DNA of 64,000 bases from a virus. A program made the translations under genes and the position numbers. The notes beneath the pieces were generated by a model that was given only the letters and a program-made list of their open reading frames with translations, made no database searches and was not told where the DNA came from. This document shows, piece by piece, positions 17,488 through 26,692 of this stretch (position 1 is its first letter; every line of letters starts with the position of its first letter). The stretch spans positions 1 to 64,000 of IMG/VR virus record IMGVR_UViG_3300021962_000055. One strand, given 5' to 3'.

Positions 17488-18549
17488 CTACAAGTTATTA
17501 ATGATGTCTACAATTCGTTCAAGGCCAAAGCGAACGTCCCTTACGGCTACGGCCTCGCGGTTGAAGGCCCCCTCCTCAGCACGGATGCGAGGGTTCCTGA
17601 GCTCTTCGATATGCCTAATCCATTTGATTGGCTTCTTGGCGATACGCCCAACACCCAGGGTGAAGTACAGATCCATGTACGAGTCGAGGTTCTGAGCAAT
17701 GAATGGGATACCGCTGGCGGCGTATTCCAACCCCTTGATATCGGACTTGGCCCGATTGAAAGGGATATTGGTGAGAGGTACGATACCAATGTCCATGGTC
17801 AACAGCTTCGGGTAGTGCTCAGCAGTGCACACCGGAGCGGTAACCACTTCGCTGTCTTTCATACCGAGCTTGCCGGCAAAGCTTGGGGCGTTGACAATGT
17901 GTCCACCGTGGTAGAGGGCAATCCGTCCATCACGAACCATTGGTGGAAGGATCCCTTTCATTGTCTCAATGTCCTTACTGCGGTGGAGGGTGCTACCAAC
18001 CCACCCGACCACAGGTACGTCTGAGTCGTTGTGCTCTTTTACGTTGAACCTTTCAAGATCAATGGTGTTAAGAGACACCACAGTCTTGGTGTTGAGCATC
18101 TCATCCATACGCATAGCTAGGTACGGAGTACTGCAGATGAGTAGGTCGGACTTGGCCAACGTCGCCTTGTAATGGTTGATGTTCTCAATAAGGTTTGTCT
18201 TAGGGTTGTTTACGTGGTAAGCGTAGTTGTCCGTCGACAGACCCCAGTACCAATCATCAACATCATTGATGATCTTCTGACCATAAGCCTTGGCGGCAAC
18301 GACGTTGTCGGCAATGCCCTTATGCATGAGGCGTTGCATGATGATGACATCGGGGTCATACATCTCACCAGTTTGATCTTGGATGGAGAAGTGTGTCCGG
18401 TTCCAAACAAGCACACCGACAGCAGTAGCCATCGGTAGACGTGTTACGAACTGACCAAGCCGGGCCCATCCAGACCCGCCCCAGTGCTCCTTGCCGTCAG
18501 GAGCCTTGCTCGGGGGAAGCCAATCCCCTGACGCTATTCCTAGTAGCAC
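17488..18549 (-). CDS. GT-B glycosyltransferase
   Basis: DVDD, VGWVGS..H..D, DIGIVPL...FNRAKSDIK.LEYAASGIP. Confidence 0.85.
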   Translation of the reverse strand: MLLGIASGDWLPPSKAPDGKEHWGGSGWARLGQFVTRLPMATAVGVLVWNRTHFSIQDQTGEMYDPDVIIMQRLMHKGIADNVVAAKAYGQKIINDVDDWYWGLSTDNYAYHVNNPKTNLIENINHYKATLAKSDLLICSTPYLAMRMDEMLNTKTVVSLNTIDLERFNVKEHNDSDVPVVGWVGSTLHRSKDIETMKGILPPMVRDGRIALYHGGHIVNAPSFAGKLGMKDSEVVTAPVCTAEHYPKLLTMDIGIVPLTNIPFNRAKSDIKGLEYAASGIPFIAQNLDSYMDLYFTLGVGRIAKKPIKWIRHIEELRNPRIRAEEGAFNREAVAVRDVRFGLERIVDIINNL

Positions 18550-18703
18550 CCTTTACCTCCGATACGAACGTCATGACATTGGTCTTTCTACCACCTACCC
18601 CACAACGGTGAAGTGGGGGTTGTGTCATTGGGACAAACACCTCCACCTCACCGTTGCATTTGGGGCACCGATAGTGCCCCGGCGGGTAAGTTTCTTTGGT
18701 CAC
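18497..18703 (-). CDS. small zinc-ribbon protein
   Basis: YRCPKC...HRC; coupled to the upstream gene. Confidence 0.5.
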   Translation of the reverse strand: MTKETYPPGHYRCPKCNGEVEVFVPMTQPPLHRCGVGGRKTNVMTFVSEVKGATRNSVRGLASPEQGS

Positions 18704-18906
18704 GACGTAGCTTCGGCCTTGGGACGGCGCCTGGTCCAGGTCTTGGCAAACTCGCGAATCTGCTCAAGGTCCCACAGGGGGGTTGCAGCTAGCGTTAGTA
18801 CGGGCTGGGGGAAGTCCTTACGCTTACGAAGCGCATGGATCTGCTGCTTAGGGCAACCAAGCAAGTTGGCTACCTCGGCTGTTCCTCCAATGTTTGTGAT
18901 GTCCAT
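18700..18906 (-). CDS. AlpA/excisionase-like HTH DNA-binding protein
   Basis: GTAEVANLLG, DFPQP, PLW; AAGGAG RBS. Confidence 0.8.
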   Translation of the reverse strand: MDITNIGGTAEVANLLGCPKQQIHALRKRKDFPQPVLTLAATPLWDLEQIREFAKTWTRRRPKAEATS

Positions 18907-18976
18907 TTTGGTCTCCTTATGGTGTACACATTACGTGTGGCTATATGTTACACGTGGCGGTGCCTCAGTGCAACTA

Positions 18977-19492
18977 CTACTTACACTTTCTTGTCCAGGG
19001 CTGGAACCCGCACCCACGGTGGGCGTCGAACCAGATGTACATCTCCCAGGCCCAGGCAAAGTTGTAATAGGGGTCATTGACGTACCGCCAATCTCCGTAC
19101 TTGTCCTGAATCTCGTTGTGCCATACCTGGTTGATTTGGAGCGGTCCCGAATCGTGACCGTTCCACCTGGGGTGACCCTCGATGATGTTTAGACATCGAG
19201 ACTCATTCCAAGCCTCGTCAAGGACGTCCACTAGGAGTTCCTGAGGCCAGCCAGCCGCAACGGCAATCGGTGCAAGTTCTTCACACTTAGTGCCGGGAGG
19301 CACCAGTGTGGTTGTCGGCACCGGAGCCACCGTTGTGGTGGTTGTGGTTGATGTGGTTGTAACTATCGGTGGTTCAGTTGTTGTGGTTGTAGGAACCGGA
19401 GCTTGAGTTGTGGGGATGGCTTTTTGTGTGCTCACTTGTCCGCTGCAGCCGACGAGTACGACGGCCGCAATCGTTAGGGTAAGTTTACGCAA
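18977..19492 (-). CDS. lipoprotein with lysozyme/SLT-like domain
   Basis: Lipobox LVGC, Thr-rich stalk, ES, DSGPLQIN, N...A motifs. Confidence 0.75.
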   Translation of the reverse strand: MRKLTLTIAAVVLVGCSGQVSTQKAIPTTQAPVPTTTTTEPPIVTTTSTTTTTTVAPVPTTTLVPPGTKCEELAPIAVAAGWPQELLVDVLDEAWNESRCLNIIEGHPRWNGHDSGPLQINQVWHNEIQDKYGDWRYVNDPYYNFAWAWEMYIWFDAHRGCGFQPWTRKCK

Positions 19493-19519
19493 TAGTCTTC
19501 TCCTTGATAGGGGATAAGG

Positions 19520-19547
19520 AAAAGCCCTACTCGTAGGGGTAGGGCTT
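19520..19547 (-). terminator. terminator-like hairpin
   Basis: AGCCCTAC...GTAGGGCT followed by a U run on the - strand. Confidence 0.5.
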
Positions 19548-19588
19548 CCTTCTAGTTTACCACTGCGTTACGGAAAAGTCCTACCAGA

Positions 19589-19954
19589 TCAACCAATTAG
19601 GTCGAAGAGCAGGACTTTTATGTCAAACGTACTACCTTGGTTTGGTATTTTATTGATGTCAACAGGTGTTGGCTTGGGGGGTCTATCGCATTGTCCACAG
19701 TCGCACCCACGTCGATACGACTCAGTGGTTCCGTGTACGATCTTGGCCGTGCCTTTGCGTTCTTGCGGAGTGAGCCCACCCCACATACCCCACACTTCGT
19801 TGGTGCCGTACGTAGCACACCTGCGCCACACGGGGCATGAATGGCAGACCAGTTTTCCTACGGCGTAGTAGTCGCTAGGGGATGGAGCGTCTAGGGGCGG
19901 GTACCACAAGTCGTGGTGTTTTCCACGACACAGAGCCTCATCTAGCCAATCCAT
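19589..19954 (-). CDS. whiB: WhiB-family transcription factor with C-terminal HGT..Y..GCxC..C zinc motif
   Basis: W...ALC, CHSCPV...C, GMWGG. Confidence 0.88.
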   Translation of the reverse strand: MDWLDEALCRGKHHDLWYPPLDAPSPSDYYAVGKLVCHSCPVWRRCATYGTNEVWGMWGGLTPQERKGTAKIVHGTTESYRRGCDCGQCDRPPKPTPVDINKIPNQGSTFDIKVLLFDLIG

Positions 19955-19957
19955 CTA

Positions 19958-20272
19958 TTAGTAGCGCCCACCCTCTACTTCTCGACGGAACAAGCACAAG
20001 GCGATTACAGAGTAAGTAGCGATATCGAGAAGGCTGTCTTCGATGCCTTCGTTCTGGAGGGTGGAGCCCTTAGCAGCTGACTGTAAGCGAACGACCTTAT
20101 CATTAGCCCGCATCATTGCACCGATCCATGGACTAACGCCCCAATCCTTTGATGCACTAACGTTTGCAAAGAAGTCCTCGTCAGTACCGTAGTCAGCACC
20201 CTTACGACGGTGCATAGCAAGAACTTCTTCGATAACCGCTTCGAACTCGGGGTCACCATGAATGTGGGGCAT
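19958..20272 (-). CDS. nucleotide modification-associated domain 1 (DUF1599-like)
   Basis: K.ADYG, RANDK..RL, E.IEDSLLDIA.Y. Confidence 0.8.
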   Translation of the reverse strand: MPHIHGDPEFEAVIEEVLAMHRRKGADYGTDEDFFANVSASKDWGVSPWIGAMMRANDKVVRLQSAAKGSTLQNEGIEDSLLDIATYSVIALCLFRREVEGGRY

Positions 20273-20419
20273 CGTCTTCACTTTCAATTAATGTATCTAA
20301 TACACGGACTAACGCTAGAGGACCAACAGTCAGAACAAGGAAGAACCCAAAAGCTTGTGGGATGGACCACCCACTTCCCTTGTTTGACAAGGCGTCTAAG
20401 AGAGTCGCAAAGACGGCGA

Positions 20420-20599
20420 TCAGAATAGCCGCTGCTGCTCGTCGTCGTTCACGATATACCTCGGTGTTGCGCATGCGTCGCACCTGCTGTCCTCCATTCT
20501 TCGTAGCTCGGTTTCCAATGCTTTGATCTTCTTGTTAAGAAGCTTGATCTCATGATTAAGAACGTTAATCATGGCTTGTTTAGAAGCGTCGAAGTCCAT
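20420..20599 (-). CDS. small coiled-coil hypothetical protein (59 aa)
   Basis: MDFDASKQAMINVLNHEIKLLNKKIKALETELRR...; coupled to the upstream stop; not in the ORF track. Confidence 0.5.
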   Translation of the reverse strand: MDFDASKQAMINVLNHEIKLLNKKIKALETELRRMEDSRCDACATPRYIVNDDEQQRLF

Positions 20600-20916
20600 C
20601 AGATGGCGTTAGGTACTTGGCTGTTGTAAGCGTATAGGTAGCTGCGGAGAGCGTTGCTGATCCATGAAGAGGCGACTTCCTTGTAGAAGTAGTCCACAAC
20701 ATCTTCGGGGAGCTCGATCTCTTCGCCGTTAATCACCACAACCATGGAAGAACGTAGGCGATAATGGTTTGCCTCGTCGGCCAAATGGGTGATCATGGCA
20801 GAGGCTTCCGCCAAGGTGGCTGTTACGTCTGCGATGGAAACCCCGACAGTATTACTTTGTAGATCTTCAGCCAGGTTTTTAATGTGGCTAGCAAACCCGT
20901 AGTAGTCCGTGTTCAT
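20599..20916 (-). CDS. hypothetical protein
   Basis: AAGGAG RBS. Confidence 0.7.
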   Translation of the reverse strand: MNTDYYGFASHIKNLAEDLQSNTVGVSIADVTATLAEASAMITHLADEANHYRLRSSMVVVINGEEIELPEDVVDYFYKEVASSWISNALRSYLYAYNSQVPNAI

Positions 20917-20949
20917 ATGTTCTCCTTTTTGTCAATCCTATAGCGATTG

Positions 20950-22395
20950 TTACTGCTCGTCAATGTTTATTACATCGGCTATGAACTGGTCGGTCATAGA
21001 CCGATCCAACCCTCCACCGGGTAGTTGTCGGGAAACCTCTCCGGCCTTGGCTCCAAACAACCTAGACAAGACACCGGCGTTACCACGGGCCTCAACTTCC
21101 ATGCGGATGACGTCTCGATTGTCAGAGATGTTCTTGAACTTGTCGACCAGCGAGAAAAGCCTGTCCATTTCTGACGACAGGGCCGGGTCCAGCCCCTGAC
21201 CCTCCAGCTCTTCAGCAAACCTGGCAAACAAAACACGGCTGGCTTGCATCTCAATCATGGCCTGTAGTACTGCTTGTAGTTGATCCTTGGTGCGTATCTC
21301 TACAGGCAGTTTGAAGCCACAATCGGAATGTTCGCGGAATGCAGGACAACGGGCCGCCAGGTAGCAACTATCACACTGTCGCAGTGGGTTCGATTGATAC
21401 CGGATTACAGGGGTCTCTTCAGGGCTGATTTCAATGTATTCCCCCTGCTCAGACTCACTTTGTGTACCCATTGAAAGGATGCTCTCAATGCCCATAACCG
21501 GTAGTAATACACGGTCACTGTCGTGCCGCTTTTCTAGTTGACCGGTAGCAATAGTTGGTGGCCTCGACACCGCTTTAGGTGGGGTAACCGTTTCATGGGG
21601 TATATCAACTATCTCCCCACTTTCACTGTTTACGAACTCCTCTTCATCACCAATCTCTTGGGGGTCATAGGCCCCAAAAGACTTGGTCTCCCATGCCATC
21701 CAAGAACGAATCGCCAGGGTGCCTAATGCACTCACATCGTCTTCCATGACGGCCTCGTAGTCGACCCCCAAACGGAGGATGTCTGGGCGGTGCTTTTTAC
21801 GTGACGACTCTTTTTGCTGGGCCGGGTAACGGCGTAGTCCGTGCCCGTCCCATACCTGGGTTTCGCCGTAGCGGATAGTAGATGTCCAAGAACCGACGAC
21901 CACGGCGTCCCATGGGAGAGCTTCAATGATGTCTGGCTTGCTGGTGAGCCCAATTAGGTTGGCGTTCCACCGCTGTGACAGCGACCGGATTCTGGGGGTG
22001 GTCTTAGATGTGACGGCCTTGTCCGAGATGGCGGCACGCCCATACCTCTGGCATAGCCAGGCTAATCGTTCCAGATCGTCGTTGTCCGACCATAGGGGGA
22101 TGTACTTATCCCCCATCCAGTCACCGTCATACCCTGGGCGTCCTACAACGTATGTCAGGTCGTCGATGTGCTGGCGTACAAAGTCGGTGTAACGGTTTTC
22201 GTCCTCGTCATTTTCAGACGTGTACAAAAGAACCTCAGCGTTGTTGAACACCGTGGGGATGTGAAACTCTTTGATCTTGGGGATCGGTAGATGGGTAAGG
22301 TTTACAGCCATATGCTTTACGTTGTTAGCGATAAGCATGTTTCTGTGGGCGCCCTTTTCGGCACCGCCTAGGAATACTCTCACTCGTCTCTCCAA
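20950..22395 (-). CDS. probable degenerate TGT/DpdA-like barrel fused to a Cys4 metal-binding and helical domain
   Basis: LPWDAVVVGSW....RYG resembles the PWxSVDSxSW....RYG segment of phage TGT-like proteins; CDSC...CP...C. Confidence 0.45.
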   Translation of the reverse strand: MERRVRVFLGGAEKGAHRNMLIANNVKHMAVNLTHLPIPKIKEFHIPTVFNNAEVLLYTSENDEDENRYTDFVRQHIDDLTYVVGRPGYDGDWMGDKYIPLWSDNDDLERLAWLCQRYGRAAISDKAVTSKTTPRIRSLSQRWNANLIGLTSKPDIIEALPWDAVVVGSWTSTIRYGETQVWDGHGLRRYPAQQKESSRKKHRPDILRLGVDYEAVMEDDVSALGTLAIRSWMAWETKSFGAYDPQEIGDEEEFVNSESGEIVDIPHETVTPPKAVSRPPTIATGQLEKRHDSDRVLLPVMGIESILSMGTQSESEQGEYIEISPEETPVIRYQSNPLRQCDSCYLAARCPAFREHSDCGFKLPVEIRTKDQLQAVLQAMIEMQASRVLFARFAEELEGQGLDPALSSEMDRLFSLVDKFKNISDNRDVIRMEVEARGNAGVLSRLFGAKAGEVSRQLPGGGLDRSMTDQFIADVINIDEQ

Positions 22396-22853
22396 GTCCG
22401 TTCAGCGGCCTTGAGGGCCTGGGTATCCATCTCGTCTACCAGGTTTCCCCACTCCTTGATCTTCCTACCGGAATCCCATTCCGGGCGCACGATGTATGGT
22501 GCGGCCACCAAAAGGGTAGGGATACCAAGCTTTAGGGTCTCAGCGCATACCCGTGGGTCGTTATCAATGTACCACTCAATGCGACCGGCAGCGGAACCGA
22601 GGCGGTGCACAGTCTCCGCCTTGAGCACCGGGTCCACGTGGTCGACGAAGTCAATCATTGATGCCTTGAACTGCTCTCGTTTGAGCCAGTCCGTGAACAA
22701 CGCTCGATCATATTGCTCGTTACAGACAAGGAGAATCCGGCCCATGTACTTATCGAACATGGCCCCCCAAATGGCTCTGCCATTTGTATCAGGTTGCCTA
22801 GTGACTAGCGAGTCCGCAGGGCGGGCCAGCACGTCAAAGTTAAATACGATCAC
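22380..22853 (-). CDS. HAD-fold protein (degenerate motif I)
   Basis: MIVFNFDVLA, LK, WYIDND. Confidence 0.5.
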   Translation of the reverse strand: MIVFNFDVLARPADSLVTRQPDTNGRAIWGAMFDKYMGRILLVCNEQYDRALFTDWLKREQFKASMIDFVDHVDPVLKAETVHRLGSAAGRIEWYIDNDPRVCAETLKLGIPTLLVAAPYIVRPEWDSGRKIKEWGNLVDEMDTQALKAAERTWRDE

Positions 22854-23308
22854 CCGTCATACATCCCTTTGGCCTTGCGGGCCTGATGGATTACGAAGGC
22901 AGACGCTGGGCAGTAATGGCAAAGGTACTGTTGGCTCTCTTTAGGTACGCCAAACGTGCGACCAATCGACTTTGACGAGTCCTCGTAGTCTGGACACATC
23001 CCAGAGGGGCGATTGTGCTTATTGAAGCACCGCAGGGCGTCTACCTTGAGATCGTCACGGAGTTCACGTACTTCCCACTCATTCTTGAGAAGCTCTTTTT
23101 GAACTGCTGTTTCATCGCCAAGCTTCTCCCAGGTATCTTCGTCAACGCGGAAGATTAGAGAACTATGGGCATCAGGATTGGGGTCCTTAGACTGACCGAG
23201 GTGCCTTTTGATGAGCTCTTGTAGCTCCATGTCATAGTCAGGCTGACCTTCGTAGTCACGCATCTTGTACATTGTGCCGCATGAGCGGCAGGCCAAAAGC
23301 CTGGGCAT
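22850..23308 (-). CDS. zinc-binding hypothetical protein
   Basis: CRSC, C..H...C and CHYC motifs. Confidence 0.7.
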   Translation of the reverse strand: MPRLLACRSCGTMYKMRDYEGQPDYDMELQELIKRHLGQSKDPNPDAHSSLIFRVDEDTWEKLGDETAVQKELLKNEWEVRELRDDLKVDALRCFNKHNRPSGMCPDYEDSSKSIGRTFGVPKESQQYLCHYCPASAFVIHQARKAKGMYDG

Positions 23309-23330
23309 GTTGTGCTCCTAGTGAGGGTTG

Positions 23331-23564
23331 TCAGTCCTCAGCGTAGCCGCTTTCGTACTCGTGGTCAAGCACCTTTGGTGTTACACCCTGGAGAAAATCA
23401 GTTACGTTGTACTGGGCTTGAAGCTGACCGGAGCGAACCATTACGTTAGGGTCTTTGTCGAGCTCTCCACCGCGTCCTGGGGTGAGGCTCTTCAAGCGCC
23501 CGTCGTTTAGGCCTGAATGAAGATCGTTATTCATTGAGCGTGAGTTGTTAACGGCCATAATCAT
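23331..23564 (-). CDS. hypothetical protein
   Basis: Coupled ORF. Confidence 0.6.
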   Translation of the reverse strand: MIMAVNNSRSMNNDLHSGLNDGRLKSLTPGRGGELDKDPNVMVRSGQLQAQYNVTDFLQGVTPKVLDHEYESGYAED

Positions 23565-24382
23565 TTCTTCTTTCTAGAGGTGGACCTGCGAGTGGGCTGC
23601 TTGGCAGGGGTTGGTGGTACAAAGTCGTCTGGCATTCCTGTTACTCGGGCCTGAGCACTGCCGGGCTTAGGGACCGTAGGTAACCCTTTGCGGTAATCTA
23701 GGTCAGGGTCAAACGGGGTGTTAGATGGGTTATCTCCTGTGAGCGGGCTATCTAGCATCTTGATGACCCATGCAGCGGCTTGGGACACACCACCAGCACC
23801 AAGGTTGGGGTTCTTTTCTGTGGTGCGTGGGTCACTAAACGGTTCGGGGATGTCGAGCATCCCTAGAGCTTCCCCGTGCTTTGGTTCGTGGGGTTTACCA
23901 TGGAACATATCTCGTCCAACAATCGCGATAAAGTTAGCCCTACCACGACGAGCACCAGCGGTACGCGTGGCTGCCTCTGCCTGAGCGGCCTGAGCCTCTC
24001 GGGCGAGCGTTTCTTGTTGGGCCCTTTGCTTCTTTTTAAACCGCCAATCCACGGTTGCTCCTATCGCTGAACCGGCTAATGAACCTAACGTGTTAGATAC
24101 ATTGGCAAGTGTAGCCCAGTTGTGTCCACCGGGGTTGGACCTCCCGCCTCCACCGTAGGACTCAAGACCTGCTGAGCCAGACCCCATCCAACGCCCAGCG
24201 GGTGACGACGTCGCACCGCCCCTGCCTTGGATTCCTTCGGCCAACCCAGAGTTATCGGTTAGAAGTCCGTACCGTCCGTAATCAAAGAAGCGGGGATCGC
24301 TGCCTGCCACGTGGCGCATACGTACATCCCAGCCACTTTGAAGGCCAGTTGCTGACATCTGTGTCTTTGGTGCATCAGCCAT
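23561..24382 (-). CDS. Gly-rich, basic-tailed hypothetical protein
   Basis: Long low-complexity ORF. Confidence 0.7.
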   Translation of the reverse strand: MADAPKTQMSATGLQSGWDVRMRHVAGSDPRFFDYGRYGLLTDNSGLAEGIQGRGGATSSPAGRWMGSGSAGLESYGGGGRSNPGGHNWATLANVSNTLGSLAGSAIGATVDWRFKKKQRAQQETLAREAQAAQAEAATRTAGARRGRANFIAIVGRDMFHGKPHEPKHGEALGMLDIPEPFSDPRTTEKNPNLGAGGVSQAAAWVIKMLDSPLTGDNPSNTPFDPDLDYRKGLPTVPKPGSAQARVTGMPDDFVPPTPAKQPTRRSTSRKKK

Positions 24383-24384
24383 GA

Positions 24385-24684
24385 TTAGGCGCTCCACAAA
24401 CTATTCATTGAGTACCGACCTGAACCGGAGAACGAACCGTCCTCGAAGGCTTCGTGCATAACGGGCATGCCAGATATCCATGACCTGTAAGACGGTGCTC
24501 CATACCTGCTCATGTTTAGGACACTGAAGATGTCGGGCGACTGCTTGGCGAATCCATTGCGCTTTGGGAAGAGCTGCTGGGGTACGACAGGGCGTGTTTT
24601 CCTAATGGTCTCCGGGTCGCTAATCGCGCTCTGGAGAGCCAGGTCAACAAGCATCTCTTGTCGGGTAGCCCAGGGCTTCGCCAT
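24385..24684 (-). CDS. hypothetical protein
   Basis: Coupled ORF. Confidence 0.65.
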   Translation of the reverse strand: MAKPWATRQEMLVDLALQSAISDPETIRKTRPVVPQQLFPKRNGFAKQSPDIFSVLNMSRYGAPSYRSWISGMPVMHEAFEDGSFSGSGRYSMNSLWSA

Positions 24685-24890
24685 CAGTAGTCTTTCTTTA
24701 CCTGCAGGGTAGGTCGCTCTTTTTTGCCGCCAAATACTTGGTGTACACGAGCAGCAATGGCGTCACCCATCGAACCGATTGCCTCCCCAGCCTGTTGCCC
24801 AGCAAGGGCTTCACGGCTAACTGGAATACGGGATCCTGGGACAATGGGCTTTCCATTTGCCCATAGACCACGGTTACGTGGAGCTGCCAT
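24684..24890 (-). CDS. small basic hypothetical protein
   Basis: GAGG RBS. Confidence 0.6.
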   Translation of the reverse strand: MAAPRNRGLWANGKPIVPGSRIPVSREALAGQQAGEAIGSMGDAIAARVHQVFGGKKERPTLQVKKDY

Positions 24891-24912
24891 TGTAGTTACC
24901 TCGTCTCTCTAA

Positions 24913-25260
24913 TCAGTCGTAAACGCCAAACATACCCTTTGCTGAGGGCATGAAGCGTGGGCCATTACGTTTTGCTGCTTTAGCTGGTTTTCCTAGACTT
25001 GCCAATTTTTGACCGGCGGCCTCTGTTTCAGCAGTCCTGTTATTCATAGGGGAGAACGGATCAGAAAAACTGCTGACGTCGTTGCCGTATACCCCAGTCC
25101 AATTGCCTTGCTGACCTTGCTGTACCTGTCGGATTGACTCAATGTTTTTACGTGCTGAACGTGGTGATGTGATACCGTGAGCCTTGGCTGTCTCCATATC
25201 ACCAGCGGTTAGTTGTGGCCGTTTGTTACGGCCAAGGATACTGCGCATGAACTTAGCCAT
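24913..25260 (-). CDS. basic hypothetical protein
   Basis: GAGG RBS. Confidence 0.65.
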   Translation of the reverse strand: MAKFMRSILGRNKRPQLTAGDMETAKAHGITSPRSARKNIESIRQVQQGQQGNWTGVYGNDVSSFSDPFSPMNNRTAETEAAGQKLASLGKPAKAAKRNGPRFMPSAKGMFGVYD

Positions 25261-25287
25261 TACTTTCCTCTTTTCTTGGTAACTCGA

Positions 25288-25815
25288 TCACTTAGGTGGT
25301 CTTGATGGTCTTGCAGGTTGGTTTTCATTACCCTTACCTTTAAAGGGCACATTTTTTAGTGGCTTAGACGTATCAACACGCTCTTTAGAATCCCTTGCTG
25401 GTACTGTCGAAGAACCGGATGCCTTACCTTTTTTATCAAAGGATACTTTGCCCCTGTCTACTGCCTCGGGGGTCATGTTACGGTAAGCAAGTTCGTTGTG
25501 GATATCCTTCATCTTTTTATTGTCTGCATAACCCATTTTGTCTTGGTGTGAAGGGTCATTCTTTGCTCTCTTGTAATGGTCAATCAACTGGCGGTCGTCC
25601 ATTGCGTTCAAGTCAGCTTTTGAGTAGCGGTCAACACTTGCATCAACGTTTCCGTTTGCGAGACGCTTAACTGAATCTTTTGCGGGTGCTGGCTTTGACG
25701 AAGAACCTTTGCTGGTTGTTTCAGGTGGGCGGGTAGTACGACGAGGGGGCGATGCCGGTGGCCTCTTTTCGTCTTTCTTAACTTCTGCTTTTGCTTTACT
25801 ATTCTTTTTAAACAT
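25288..25815 (-). CDS. Lys-rich disordered protein
   Basis: ORF with K/P/S-rich termini. Confidence 0.7.
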   Translation of the reverse strand: MFKKNSKAKAEVKKDEKRPPASPPRRTTRPPETTSKGSSSKPAPAKDSVKRLANGNVDASVDRYSKADLNAMDDRQLIDHYKRAKNDPSHQDKMGYADNKKMKDIHNELAYRNMTPEAVDRGKVSFDKKGKASGSSTVPARDSKERVDTSKPLKNVPFKGKGNENQPARPSRPPK

Positions 25816-25820
25816 AATGA

Positions 25821-25994
25821 TTACCCTTTCTTTTTATCCCTTTTCTTAATAGCGGCGTTAGCCGCTTTAACGGCTTTAGCATCGTCTCCTGTAGATTTTA
25901 GCACCTTGTTAGCTACCGTTGCCCACTGCTTCTTTTCGGCTGGGGTATCGGCTTTCTTGTTCTTTTTCTTAGCGTCCGATGGTTTCCAAGGCAT
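25821..25994 (-). CDS. small ChaB/YdaT-like basic helical protein (57 aa)
   Basis: MPWKPSDA...KKQWATVANKVLKSTGDDAKAVKAANAAIKK; GGAG RBS; not in the ORF track. Confidence 0.6.
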   Translation of the reverse strand: MPWKPSDAKKKNKKADTPAEKKQWATVANKVLKSTGDDAKAVKAANAAIKKRDKKKG

Positions 25995-25996
25995 AA

Positions 25997-26494
25997 TTAT
26001 CTCCAGGGTGGGGCCAAGGTTTTTAACCTAGATTGGCGTTCTCTATCGATGACTTCTTGCTGTGGGCGCTCGAGCCCACGTGGGATCCCTCGTGGCCCAG
26101 CCTTACCATCGTTGGTAAGGCGCACCGGCTCAGCTCCGGGAGGTGCAAACTTCTGGCCGACTGACTGTAGTTGTAGCCCTGTGTACAGGTTAAACTCATC
26201 TGGCCAAATGTAATCACCTTGGTTGATCCGCTCACCTTTGTGCACACCTCGACTGTATGGTCGAGTGTTGGTGCGAGCCACGGCGTTAAGTAGTTTGTCC
26301 TGTCGCCGGTTAGACGACATGGTGCCCAAGTACCCATCTGGGTACTGGGCATCTGGGCTAGCTCCGAAGGCAGCCAGGCGAGCGTCCTTGGCATTACGGA
26401 ATACCGGGGCAGGACCAAGAGCGGCTTGGGTGTCGTTGGCATACGGGTCGTAACCACCACCCCAGTCACTAAAGGTCTGTTGGTTAGCGGGCAT
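25997..26494 (-). CDS. hypothetical protein
   Basis: AQYPDGYLG...RRQDKL...Y.RGVHKGE; looks like a conserved phage family. Confidence 0.7.
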   Translation of the reverse strand: MPANQQTFSDWGGGYDPYANDTQAALGPAPVFRNAKDARLAAFGASPDAQYPDGYLGTMSSNRRQDKLLNAVARTNTRPYSRGVHKGERINQGDYIWPDEFNLYTGLQLQSVGQKFAPPGAEPVRLTNDGKAGPRGIPRGLERPQQEVIDRERQSRLKTLAPPWR

Positions 26495-26643
26495 TAATCC
26501 TCTTTAAGGCCAAAGCGAACCTGTTCGCGCTTCTTGGATTTGCTTTCCCGGACGATCTCTTCCTCGTACCAGTCGTCATATTGGTCGTCGTAATCTGGGC
26601 TGTTGGCTAGGTTACGAAGTTCGCTTTGTGTCTTGTTACGCAT
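26494..26643 (-). CDS. small hypothetical protein (49 aa)
   Basis: AAGGA RBS; stop coupled to the next start. Confidence 0.5.
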   Translation of the reverse strand: MRNKTQSELRNLANSPDYDDQYDDWYEEEIVRESKSKKREQVRFGLKED

Positions 26644-26692
26644 GGTCCTTACTTGTTGTTAATCACCCTACGTCGGTGCTGGTTTCTACTGC

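Noticed and set aside
20253-20483. Hydrophobic 76-aa ORF
   Set aside because: Overlaps both neighbours and has no clear RBS; it could be a real membrane protein but support is too weak to list
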